NCBI GenBank assembly: GCA_963731265.1
Contig: CAVSUE010000001.1
Coordinates: 704,001-768,000, forward strand
Reading direction: 5' to 3'
Length of the DNA stretch: 64,000 bases
DNA from: an uncultured Verrucomicrobiae bacterium
Lineage (GTDB): Bacteria > Chlamydiota > Chlamydiia > Chlamydiales > Rhabdochlamydiaceae
Shown here one piece after another: positions 9,372-18,230 of the stretch. Positions within the stretch are counted from its first letter, which is position 1. The number at the start of each line of letters is the position of its first letter. Position numbers and translations under genes: made by a program. The notes beneath the pieces were generated by a model. That model saw only the letters and a list, made by a program, of their open reading frames with translations. It searched no databases and was not told where the DNA came from.

Positions 9372-12356
9372 ATGAAACTAAAAACGGCTGCAGGTTTCAC
9401 CGCTCTCATCATCAATAGCATGTGGTTGGTTAACCCGGCAGAAGCCAAGGAGAAGGCTCAATCTAAAGACACTTGCGGCACATCTCCATGTCCTATGCGA
9501 GTGACGGCCAGACATATCGAGCCCAACGGTATTGGCTACCATCAGGGCTATACGACTTTGGAAGGGTTTTTCCCATACAGCGGATGGGATAATTGGGTGG
9601 TGTTCCTCGATGCCCGCGCCCACATGTTCAATGATGGACGTCCTGCTGCGAACGCCGGTCTCGGAGTGCGCTATTTGACCGACACACGCGTTTGGGGCAT
9701 CAACGCCTATTACGACTACCGCAAGACGCACCGTCAGCATTACAATCAAGCAGCCATGGGACTCGAAGCGCTTGGGCGAATCTGGGATTTCCGCATCAAC
9801 GGATATCTGCCCGTTGGCGAACATAAGAGCCGCAATTATGGCCTAAAATTTTCTCGATTCAAACGACACAAGACGATTTTGAGTCAGAAATATGAATATG
9901 TCCTCGGGGGATTTAATGCCGAAGTTGGCGCTCACGTCGATACGTGGAAGAACTTCCCCATCTATTTTGCAGCGGGCCCATACTATTTGACCGGCAGAGG
10001 AGGTTCGACTTGGGGCAGCCAGGCGCGAGCTTCCGTGAAGATTTATGAATACCTGGAGCTGCAAGGAAATGGTTCTTATGACCATCTCTTCAAGTGGATT
10101 GGCCAAGGGCAAATCAGCCTTAACATCCCCTTTGGTGCCAGAAAACAAATCAAAAAGCGGAAAGCAGCGAGCTGTTCCGATTTGATGCCCCTTTCGGAAC
10201 GCTCCTATCAATCTGTCGATCGCTCCGAGATCATTCCGGTTAACCGAGCCCATCATTATTCTGTTGCGATCGATCCAGCGACGGATAAACCGTATTATTT
10301 TGTTTTCGTGAACAATACAAGCTCTTCCGACGGGACCTTTGAAAGCCCATACCCAACACTTGCAGATGTGCAAGCCAACTCAAGCCCCTATAATGTGATT
10401 TACGTTTATCCCGGCGATGGGACGTCCAGTGGAATGAACACAGGGATCACTCTGAGTGATTTCCAAAGGCTGTGGGGTAGCGGTGTTGCACAAACACTCC
10501 CGACGACTTTAGGTAACGTGACGATACCCGCAATGTCTAATACGAGCTTCGAAGGTGTGATCATCTCTCCGATCATCACCAATGGGAATGGAGCTGTCGT
10601 CACTCTCGCCAATGGGAATGAAGTTTCGGGCTTTTTCCTACGAGGCCAAGGCTCGTATCCTTCTGTTTCAGCCACGAAGGTGATCGATGGGAACGTGGTC
10701 AATTCCACGCTTGCCGGAGCTAACGCCCCGGGATACATAGGAATTGACGGCACAGGCCTTACGGGAACACTTAACGTGAGCGGATGCAGGTTCAATGATG
10801 GAACGCATGGAATTCTTCTCCTAAATTCCTCAGGAAACCTTGTTGTTAACATCATGAATAGTACATTTAGCGATTTAAATACCGCGGATGCAGCGATCCT
10901 GTGGACTTTGGCGAATGCGGCGCAGGGAAATTTGAACGTCAGCGGCAGCAGTATCGTCTCTTCTTATAACGGGATTGAAGTCGACATCAGCGGCACCAGC
11001 GCAATCACCGCCCAGCTCAACAACAATAACATCACTGCAGGAGGGTATGGGTTCTATGTCAACAGCTCTACGGGAGAAACGAACATCAACGTGGTTCTGC
11101 AGAACAACGCTATTGAGACTTATAGTAATTCGGTCTATCTGGCTCAAACGGGAAGCGCGTCAGCTACCCTAACCGGCAACAAGTTGTTTGGTTTCAACAA
11201 CGCCGCTGCTTTCGAGCTCGATTCAAATGCGGGCAGCACAACCGCAACGGTTATCGTCTCCGAAAACAATATGTATGCAAATGGTGGGTCTTGTGTCTAT
11301 TTGAATCAGTTTGACGGTAATATCACAGCAACTGTAAATAATAACATCATACAAGCTGATGGGGGTGCCGGCATTTACGGCTTCATACCATTAACTGTGA
11401 TGAGCCAGAATGGGGTCAGCCAGGTGCTTTCGGTGGAGGGCAATACGATTAATGCAGATGGGCCTGGGGTCCAGATGATATACGGTACAGGAATCGTGAG
11501 CGCCACACTGAATAACAATACGATTAACGCGATAAGCAATAATCCTAGCTCGATCTATTTGAATCTATACAATGACGCTAGCACACAATTGGTCATGAAC
11601 GGAAATACACTCAGTAGTGCTAGTAATTGCATTCAAGTCCTTAAATCGAGCACGGCTAATCTTGACATCATTGCCAATAACAATACGGCCGTTGGTGAGC
11701 TCGGCTTCATTATAAATAATAATGCTGTAGGAAATACAAATCTTTCCATGTCGGGCAATACCTTCGATGCCTATCAACCAGTGCGTTTGAGCGTAGCTGA
11801 AGGAAACTTCAATGCGACATTCAATGGCAACACATTTACAGCAGCAGGTGACAACGCATTATTTTGCTTTGCAACGACAACAGGTTTTACTTCTTTGAAT
11901 ATCACCGGCAACACCATCACATCTGGCGGTGGTACCGGAAGCAGCGGAAGCGCGATCTACCTGGAGAGTAGCACTGGAATACTCAGCACATCCATTACTG
12001 GTAATGTTCTCAATGGCGTCGCTTTCGCATTAGATGCAGCTGTTTATAGCGGCACTATGAACATGGATCTTTCAAACAATAGCGTAACCAGCGGGGGAGG
12101 CTACTATCTCAGCGCACCGGGAGGCACTTCGACTTGGATGGTCAACGGCAATAACTTTGCGGCTCTGAGCTCCGCTCCCGTATTTACAACGATTACAGGC
12201 GGCAGCCTCTGCATGCAGCTCAACAACAATACCGCTTACCCGACACCCGGAGCTTATGTGTTGGATAATATGGGCGGCATTTTCATCCTTAATCCTCCAC
12301 AAGGTAACATCGGCCAGCTCACAACGAGCGGCGTGGTCATCCAACCTTGTCCTTAG
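9372..12356 (+). CDS. Inverse autotransporter (intimin/invasin-type N-terminal beta-barrel) with right-handed beta-helix passenger
   Basis: Signal peptide; barrel-like ANAGLGVRY/WGINAYYD/WDFRINGYLP; FVNNTSSSDGTFESPY; many NNTI/GNTI beta-helix repeats. Confidence 0.8.
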   Translation: MKLKTAAGFTALIINSMWLVNPAEAKEKAQSKDTCGTSPCPMRVTARHIEPNGIGYHQGYTTLEGFFPYSGWDNWVVFLDARAHMFNDGRPAANAGLGVRYLTDTRVWGINAYYDYRKTHRQHYNQAAMGLEALGRIWDFRINGYLPVGEHKSRNYGLKFSRFKRHKTILSQKYEYVLGGFNAEVGAHVDTWKNFPIYFAAGPYYLTGRGGSTWGSQARASVKIYEYLELQGNGSYDHLFKWIGQGQISLNIPFGARKQIKKRKAASCSDLMPLSERSYQSVDRSEIIPVNRAHHYSVAIDPATDKPYYFVFVNNTSSSDGTFESPYPTLADVQANSSPYNVIYVYPGDGTSSGMNTGITLSDFQRLWGSGVAQTLPTTLGNVTIPAMSNTSFEGVIISPIITNGNGAVVTLANGNEVSGFFLRGQGSYPSVSATKVIDGNVVNSTLAGANAPGYIGIDGTGLTGTLNVSGCRFNDGTHGILLLNSSGNLVVNIMNSTFSDLNTADAAILWTLANAAQGNLNVSGSSIVSSYNGIEVDISGTSAITAQLNNNNITAGGYGFYVNSSTGETNINVVLQNNAIETYSNSVYLAQTGSASATLTGNKLFGFNNAAAFELDSNAGSTTATVIVSENNMYANGGSCVYLNQFDGNITATVNNNIIQADGGAGIYGFIPLTVMSQNGVSQVLSVEGNTINADGPGVQMIYGTGIVSATLNNNTINAISNNPSSIYLNLYNDASTQLVMNGNTLSSASNCIQVLKSSTANLDIIANNNTAVGELGFIINNNAVGNTNLSMSGNTFDAYQPVRLSVAEGNFNATFNGNTFTAAGDNALFCFATTTGFTSLNITGNTITSGGGTGSSGSAIYLESSTGILSTSITGNVLNGVAFALDAAVYSGTMNMDLSNNSVTSGGGYYLSAPGGTSTWMVNGNNFAALSSAPVFTTITGGSLCMQLNNNTAYPTPGAYVLDNMGGIFILNPPQGNIGQLTTSGVVIQPCP

Positions 12357-12420
12357 AGGATCCTTTTCTAGAGGGAAAGCAAGGAGTTGCACTATTCGAT
12401 TCGTTTCTGAAGACTTGTAC

Positions 12421-12604
12421 TCGACTTTGTAACTTTTTGGGCCCGCCTGCCTCGCCTATTTACTCTTGGCTATTCGACTCAGAGGATGTCTACAAAGTGA
12501 GATTATTTAATACAGGAAGGGGTTCAAAACCCCTGCCTGTTTTAAATAACTCCGCCGAGAGCAAATATTTCGAGTCCTTCGGCACCAAAAAGTTACAAAG
12601 TCGA
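12421..12604. repeat. Palindromic MITE-like element
   Basis: Perfect 20-bp terminal inverted repeat TCGACTTTGTAACTTTTTGG / CCAAAAAGTTACAAAGTCGA, plus internal hairpin 12503-12549. Confidence 0.7.
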
Positions 12605-12937
12605 TTTGTATTAAATTTTTCCTAAAAGAAGTAAAATAATGACGATAATCAATACTATTCCTAATCCACCGAAAGGGTAATATCCCCAAGTGGCACTATG
12701 AGGCCACGCAGGAAATGCGCCTATCAATAACAAAATCAGAATAATAATTAAAACAGTTCCCAACATAAAGAGCCTTTGGTATGTGTGTTCTATACTCTTA
12801 ATGTTGAAGGGGCCGAGCCGGCTCGGTTACAACAAGGCAGAGTATATAGAGACAATAGCCTCTAAACTTGCTTTTACATTTTAAATGTTTTTTTGGTAAG
12901 TTATTTTTTGAATCACAAATTAATTAGGATCAGATAT

Positions 12938-13333
12938 ATGTCAATTACGACCGGTTTTATAGGGATCTTGCTTTTATCTTTTAATCATCTGAGTGGCGGG
13001 TACATTTCCACCAAATCAATTGGGATTTCCCACGTCTCTTCGAAAGGGGTAGCTGAAGGTCTTATTTCCGAGAAGAAAGAAGGTCAAGACCGCCAAAAAA
13101 TCAGAATTGAGCCCGCAGCTGAGGTTACTACAAAGGAACCGTCAGGCGTGGGCAAATCCCATCCCCATCTTGCAGATGATCATGACCATGACCATGACGG
13201 ATGGGATCATCATGACGACGATGGGCATGATCACGACAGATGGGATCATGACCACGACCGCCATGATGACGATAGATGGGAAAATGATGGCGAACATCAT
13301 GACGACAGAGATCATGATAACATTTGGCCTTAA
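12938..13333 (+). CDS. Small exported protein with His/Asp-rich C-terminal tail
   Basis: Hydrophobic N-terminus MSITTGFIGILLLSF; tail DDHDHDHDGWDHHDDDGHDHDRWDHDHDRH... Confidence 0.55.
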   Translation: MSITTGFIGILLLSFNHLSGGYISTKSIGISHVSSKGVAEGLISEKKEGQDRQKIRIEPAAEVTTKEPSGVGKSHPHLADDHDHDHDGWDHHDDDGHDHDRWDHDHDRHDDDRWENDGEHHDDRDHDNIWP

Positions 13334-13368
13334 GCGCAGGGGGCAACGCCCCCGCTGAAAGAGGAGCG

Positions 13369-13490
13369 CCATTGCCAAAAGGCCATGGCTGCGGAAACAC
13401 GAGAAGGTCCCGTGAGACCGTCGCAGTGAGAAGCAGGTGAACGCCGTGAACCCGAGACGAAGGAATGATTCGGCAAAGCCGTAGCCAGCA
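13369..13490 (-). repeat. Partial dispersed repeat, inverted copy of the core of the 14472-14733 element
   Basis: Reverse complement shares CCTGCTTCTCACTGCGA and ACGGGACCTTCTCGTGTTTCCGCAGCC with 14489-14611. Confidence 0.8.
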
Positions 13491-13540
13491 GATTCTCGCC
13501 ATTTTGAAGGCGCGGGTTAGTATACCGAAACGAACTCAAA

Positions 13541-14179
13541 TCAGAATCGGTAGCCGATGGTGCTGCGGAGCCCCACAAAATTCATGCTGTTATTGCTGCC
13601 GTATAGATAGATATTGAAGGGTTCGAGACGTGCATCCCAGTGTCTTTTGTGCCCCAGCCTAAAAGTAATCGGCAAACTTGTATCGACGCCAACAACAGGG
13701 CTTCCCCAACCGTTCCATTTCTTTGCCACGGAACCGCCGATGATTCCTTTGACATTGACTCCCAAATTAAAGACGCTAGTGAATTCATGATCGTAGAGGA
13801 ATCCGAGCGTTCCGTAAACGATTCCTGGCTTAGCGTTATCGTAATAGAAATTAGCGAAATCTTTGAAAAAACCAACGCCGGCTAGGGGAGTCAAGTGATC
13901 CCGGCCGTTCCAAAAAAAGTTGTACCCGGCGCGATATTCCCCCTCGACAATGAAGTTGTAATTCAGTGTCGGAACTGCCCACCCCTCGACCCCGGTATAG
14001 AATGCGTCTGGTTTAATCCGCTCGTAGACGAAGTGATTAAAGCTGACCACTGCGATCCGGTTGTGGTATTCAATGAAAGGAGTAGCCGTTTCGGAAGGAG
14101 CGGCATGCAGGATTGCGTGCGCAATAAAGAAGGCGGAAAATGCAAGAAAGCGTTTCATCGGTTTTTCCTCAATAAGCAT
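13541..14179 (-). CDS. Outer membrane beta-barrel protein
   Basis: Signal peptide, alternating amphipathic strands, C-terminal IGYRF; related to 32358..33110. Confidence 0.7.
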   Translation of the reverse strand: MLIEEKPMKRFLAFSAFFIAHAILHAAPSETATPFIEYHNRIAVVSFNHFVYERIKPDAFYTGVEGWAVPTLNYNFIVEGEYRAGYNFFWNGRDHLTPLAGVGFFKDFANFYYDNAKPGIVYGTLGFLYDHEFTSVFNLGVNVKGIIGGSVAKKWNGWGSPVVGVDTSLPITFRLGHKRHWDARLEPFNIYLYGSNNSMNFVGLRSTIGYRF

Positions 14180-14471
14180 TGTTTAATGCCGGTAAGAGGA
14201 AAGAGGATATTATAGAATTATGTTTTTTTCAAACTAAAAATAAAGTGTTAACAAAGCTCACAGAATGAATTAAAGAAGTAGGGCAGACAGAATCTTAAGC
14301 TTTCCAACTACTGCATGATTTGTAGAAGGGTTAATGCCGCATCAAATTGGAACTGGGAACATTCAGAATGCTCTCGGATTAAACAGGGAATATTAGTGTA
14401 CATAATATGCGATGGGCTCTAACCAGTTCTCTTTGATCTTGCGAGATTCGAATTTATACCACGTCTGCTTG

Positions 14472-14733
14472 GGTTGTGTGAATTTTGACTGGCTGCGACT
14501 TTGCCAAATCCATCCTTCTTCGCGCCCAGTTCGCTATGCTCTCCTGCTTCTCACTGCGAAGTCCGACGGGACCTTCTCGTGTTTCCGCAGCCTTGCTCTA
14601 TTCAGCAATGGTATCCCGGGTCATTTGGAACTTCGGTTCCGGTATGACCGGCAACCCTCCACTGGATGGGTGCAGCTTTCGGCTGTTGCTCTTCGGTTTT
14701 GTTTCGTCTCGCAGAGTCCAAATTCCCACAACC
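14472..14733. mobile_element. MITE-like element with imperfect terminal inverted repeats
   Basis: Left GGTTGTGTGAATTTTGACT, right end reverse complement GGTTGTGGGAATTTGGACT; right end abuts the TA used by the IS630. Confidence 0.65.
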
Positions 14734-14735
14734 TA

Positions 14736-15959
14736 GTGCTCCTTAAAGAAAGTTTTTAAAATAATTATTGACGTGCTATAGTCCGTAACTTTTCTATTAA
14801 TTTAGAGGAGTTATGGGAAGAAAAGTTGAATACGAGGTGGTCCTTACTGAGAAGGAAAAGGACCACTTAAGAAAGAACACTTTCGCAGGGAAATGGGGCG
14901 TAAGAACTGTAAAAAGGGCTCAAATCCTTCTTTAGGCCGACAAAAGTAAAAACACAGCAATGGAAGAACAGGACATAGCTCGTGAAGTGGGCTGTAATGT
15001 GTCCACTGTCAGAAATATAAAGTTGCGATTTGCGAAAGGCGAAAGGCTCAAGGTTCTTGGAGACAGGCCAAGAAGTGGGAGACCAAAAATGATCGATGGG
15101 GATCTAGAAGCGTTTATTATTGCAACTGCATGTAGTAGTCCCCCAGAGGGACGGGTCCGGTGGACATTGCAGTTGATTGCTGACAGAGTAGTCTCTTTAA
15201 CAGCAACAGAATCTTGCTCCCATACAACGATTGCAACGACTTTAAAAAAAATGAACTTAAACCTTGGTTGAAGAAAGAATGGAAAATTCCCAGGGGATCA
15301 AAGGATGAGTTTGTCTGGAGGATGGAGAGTGTCTTAGACATTTACAAAAGAGGTTATAACCCCCTAAACCCAGTGCTATGTTTTGACGAGAGCAGTAAAC
15401 AACAAATCCAAGACCTGGTTGATGGACTGCCGGTAAGGCCTGGAGATGTCGCGAAGTATGACAGCGAATACCAGAGAAAGGGAGTGAATAACCTGTTTAT
15501 GATTTTTGAGCCGTTGCCAGGAAAAAGAGTAGTAAAAGTAACAGATCAAAGAACAAAAATAGACTGGGCAAAGTGCATGAAGTTTATTGTAGACGAGTTA
15601 TAAACCATCGTTATGGACAATCTGAATACGCATTCACCCGCATCACTGTATAGCTATTTTGATCCACCTACAGCTAAACGAATTAGCGATAAGCTTGATA
15701 TTCAATACACGCCAAAACACGGTAGTTGGTTAAACATGGCGGAAATAGAATTTAGCGCTCTATCCAGACAATGTCTTAACAAGAGAATACCTTCCCAAGA
15801 AAAACTCATCCAAGAGGTCAAGGCTTGGGAAACTGCAAGAAATGAACATAAGGTTGGGTGTAATTGGCAGTTTACGACCGATGATGCAAGAGTGAAACTG
15901 AAAAAACTATATCCCACACTAGCCTAATGATTATTTTAAAAACTTTCTTTAAGAAGCGC
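14736..15959 (+). mobile_element. IS630-family insertion sequence (inactive)
   Basis: ~30-bp inverted repeats GTGCTCCTTAAAGAAAGTTTTTAAAATAAT / reverse complement GCGCTTCTTAAAGAAAGTTTTTAAAATAAT; TA duplication at 14734-35 and 15960-61. Confidence 0.93.
14813..15927 (+). pseudogene. IS630 transposase pseudogene
   Basis: ATG 14813, in-frame TAG near 14933; DRPRSGRP HTH; A8 slippery run at 15244-15251; DDE motifs CFDESSKQ, MDNLNTH, SWLNMAEIE; second stop at 15601 with a short deletion. Confidence 0.9.
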
Positions 15960-16203
15960 TAGGAAGGCGGGGCATACGCCATTTTTCCGCATTAGGGGAA
16001 AAAGTTGACAATGATTCTGGTTGGTTCCAATCGTTTCGTGAAAACCGCGGAAGTCGATATGGGGCAAGCCGTTCCAAAGCGGTGTGTAATAATTTATTTA
16101 GTTTATTAAAAGGGTATTTTTATGCAATAATGGCCTGTGTAAGTACGTTGTTGGCATTAAGAACTCTTTTGAGAAATAAACGCAAAAAAATGGAAGGATA
16201 ACT

Positions 16204-16503
16204 ATGGATGAGAATTCTATTGAAGTTCAGTCAAAGTCCAAGGTCTTGGTTCATTATGAAAAATACATGTTTGTCGTTGGAATTCTTGGCCAGTTATTAT
16301 TTTTTAGTCAGGGATTTAAGATATTTCTAACTAAGTCCGCAGGTGACGTTTCAATTTTTGGTTTTTTATTTGGACTCATTTCCGTTTCGAGTTGGTTGAT
16401 TTATGGAATTATGTTAAAAAACAAAGTCTTAATTTCTTCTAACGCAGTTGCAGTAATCGGCGCACTGCTTGTTGTTATTGGTATTTTAATCTACGGAAAC
16501 TAG
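16204..16503 (+). CDS. SemiSWEET / PQ-loop family small transporter
   Basis: 99 aa, three TM helices; Q..KIF.TKSAGDVS, WLIYG, LISSN pattern. Confidence 0.75.
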   Translation: MDENSIEVQSKSKVLVHYEKYMFVVGILGQLLFFSQGFKIFLTKSAGDVSIFGFLFGLISVSSWLIYGIMLKNKVLISSNAVAVIGALLVVIGILIYGN

Positions 16504-17113
16504 AGTTAAGAAGTTAGAGGATGTCTGCGCTTTGTAGCACCGGTTAATAAGAAAGGGGAGGCGGGTGGACGCATTCAGAATTTTTGACTGGAGAGACTCA
16601 TGGAAAAGTTGCTTCTTAAAAGTAGGATAAGTCTATCGAAGTAGATGCTTGCTAGTTCATTAGATGACAATTTTAAACTCAATAAACCATTCACTAGCTC
16701 TAAAACGCCTCCCCCATTTATCGCCAATTACATCTACTGCAGAGCCGCTAGCAACTCTTTCGTCTCGAGATCCTCCTGAATCAGCTTAACTTTTTTGGAT
16801 TTTTCACCTAAATATTTTTCTGTATTCTGTAGGCGATCGGGCGTTTTTCTTCGTTATTCTTCGGGTAGGGGAAGCCACTCGTTCAAACGTGAGATAGTGA
16901 AGTAATGCTTTCATGGCACCTTCTTAAAGGAACAACTTTTAGGTTTGCAATCTACAAAAAAAATGCAAAGTAAAACTTCACAGAAACAATCAAAAAAAAT
17001 GACTAGACTTATTCGCCCAATATATTACAGTGTGGGTAGCTGGACTTTAGCCATTTGTCGGTCGGCTCTCACGGCTATTGCCCCCGCTTAATTCATTTCC
17101 TATAGGAGAGTAT

Positions 17114-17725
17114 ATGATGAATTCAGCATTTAAATCGTTATTGCCTCTTTTATTGGTAACGAACCTCTCTATACTTGCCGCTGCGCAGCCTAGACCTTCT
17201 GAGCCTATTAAAGAAGCTACGCCATTGCGCAGCAGCTTTGCGTTTCGCTCCGCTGCTTTTTTCCCCCTTTCGGACCGTTTTAGAGAAATTTACGGCGATG
17301 CAGGGGTGGATTATCAACTTGAAGCATCGACTAAAATATACGGTTGCTGTGACGCGTGGGTTAACTTCGATTGGTTCTCTAAACACGGCAAATCCGTTGG
17401 ACTTCATGATTCAACAAGAATCAGCATCGGCAACACAAGTCTAGGCGTCAAATTCCCGTATCGAATCTCTAAGACATGGACCATTTATGTCGGAATCGGA
17501 CCCAGTTTTGGACGGATCTGGTTAAAAAACAAATCCTACTGCCCCCCTCACCATATTTCTAAATGGGCATATGGGGGCGTTTTGAAAACTGGAGTCGACT
17601 TTTTCTTCACCGAACACTTGTTCCTTGATGTATTCGCCGATTATTTGTACCAACCTACTAATTTTAAAACACATGTGGATGTCGGAGGAGTCAAAGTCGG
17701 AGCGGGTCTAGGCGTTAAATTTTAA
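17114..17725 (+). CDS. Outer membrane beta-barrel protein (OmpW/OmpA-like small barrel)
   Basis: GGAG RBS, signal peptide, YVGIGP, LDVFADY, C-terminal GAGLGVKF. Confidence 0.75.
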   Translation: MMNSAFKSLLPLLLVTNLSILAAAQPRPSEPIKEATPLRSSFAFRSAAFFPLSDRFREIYGDAGVDYQLEASTKIYGCCDAWVNFDWFSKHGKSVGLHDSTRISIGNTSLGVKFPYRISKTWTIYVGIGPSFGRIWLKNKSYCPPHHISKWAYGGVLKTGVDFFFTEHLFLDVFADYLYQPTNFKTHVDVGGVKVGAGLGVKF

Positions 17726-18230
17726 AAATTTGATAACTCTTAGGTTACCATCCATAGTGTGTTTTTTTTGATCATCTGGCCAAAGTTCAGATACAAGGTA
17801 GGAAGCAACGTGTTTCTGCATAAAAAATTTTCTTGCCTTTTGTATTTCTATTTACTGCCGATGTCTCCACCAACACCCTTCCATTTAGCGAGACAGGTTT
17901 AAATTCTTTAACCGCTCCTTCCCGACTGCAATTTCATCTCAGATTGAGTGGAGGAGTCAAATCGGAGCGGTCTAAGCGTTAAATTTTAAACATTTAATTG
18001 ACTCTAATATTCCCATCCGTAAGTATGTTTTTTTTGATCATCTGACCAAAGTTCAGATCGTAAGTGAGGGAAGCAACATGTTACGGATAAACAAGAACAT
18101 TTGTATAAAAACTTTTCTTGTCTTTTGTATTCTCTTTGCTACCCATATCTCCGCAAACACCCTTCCGTTTAATTGGACAGATTTAAATTCTTTAACTCCC
18201 CCCTCTCCACGACAATTCCATTCTCAGACT
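17684..18230 (+). repeat. Degenerate tandem duplication of OMP 3' end, spacer and kelch gene 5' end
   Basis: 17684-17945 resembles 17951-18230 (GGAGGAGTCAAA..., TTTTTTGATCATCTG.CCAAAGTTCAGAT, AACACCCTTCC.TTTA). Confidence 0.8.

Noticed and set aside
13107..13502. Met/Thr/Ile-rich and His/Arg-rich ORFs
   Set aside because: Alternative frames of the His/Asp low-complexity tract.
14412..14759. ORFs of 115 and 83 aa
   Set aside because: They run through the MITE and att-arm relic and have no protein-like features.
15241..15251. Frameshift in the IS630 transposase as a sign of decay
   Set aside because: An A-rich -1 slippage site at this position is normal for IS630; inactivation comes from the stops near 14933 and 15601.
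16510..16920. Possible degraded gene or repeat (TAGAGGATGTC also at ~2611 and ~12481)
   Set aside because: No sustained reading frame or matching inverted end could be established.
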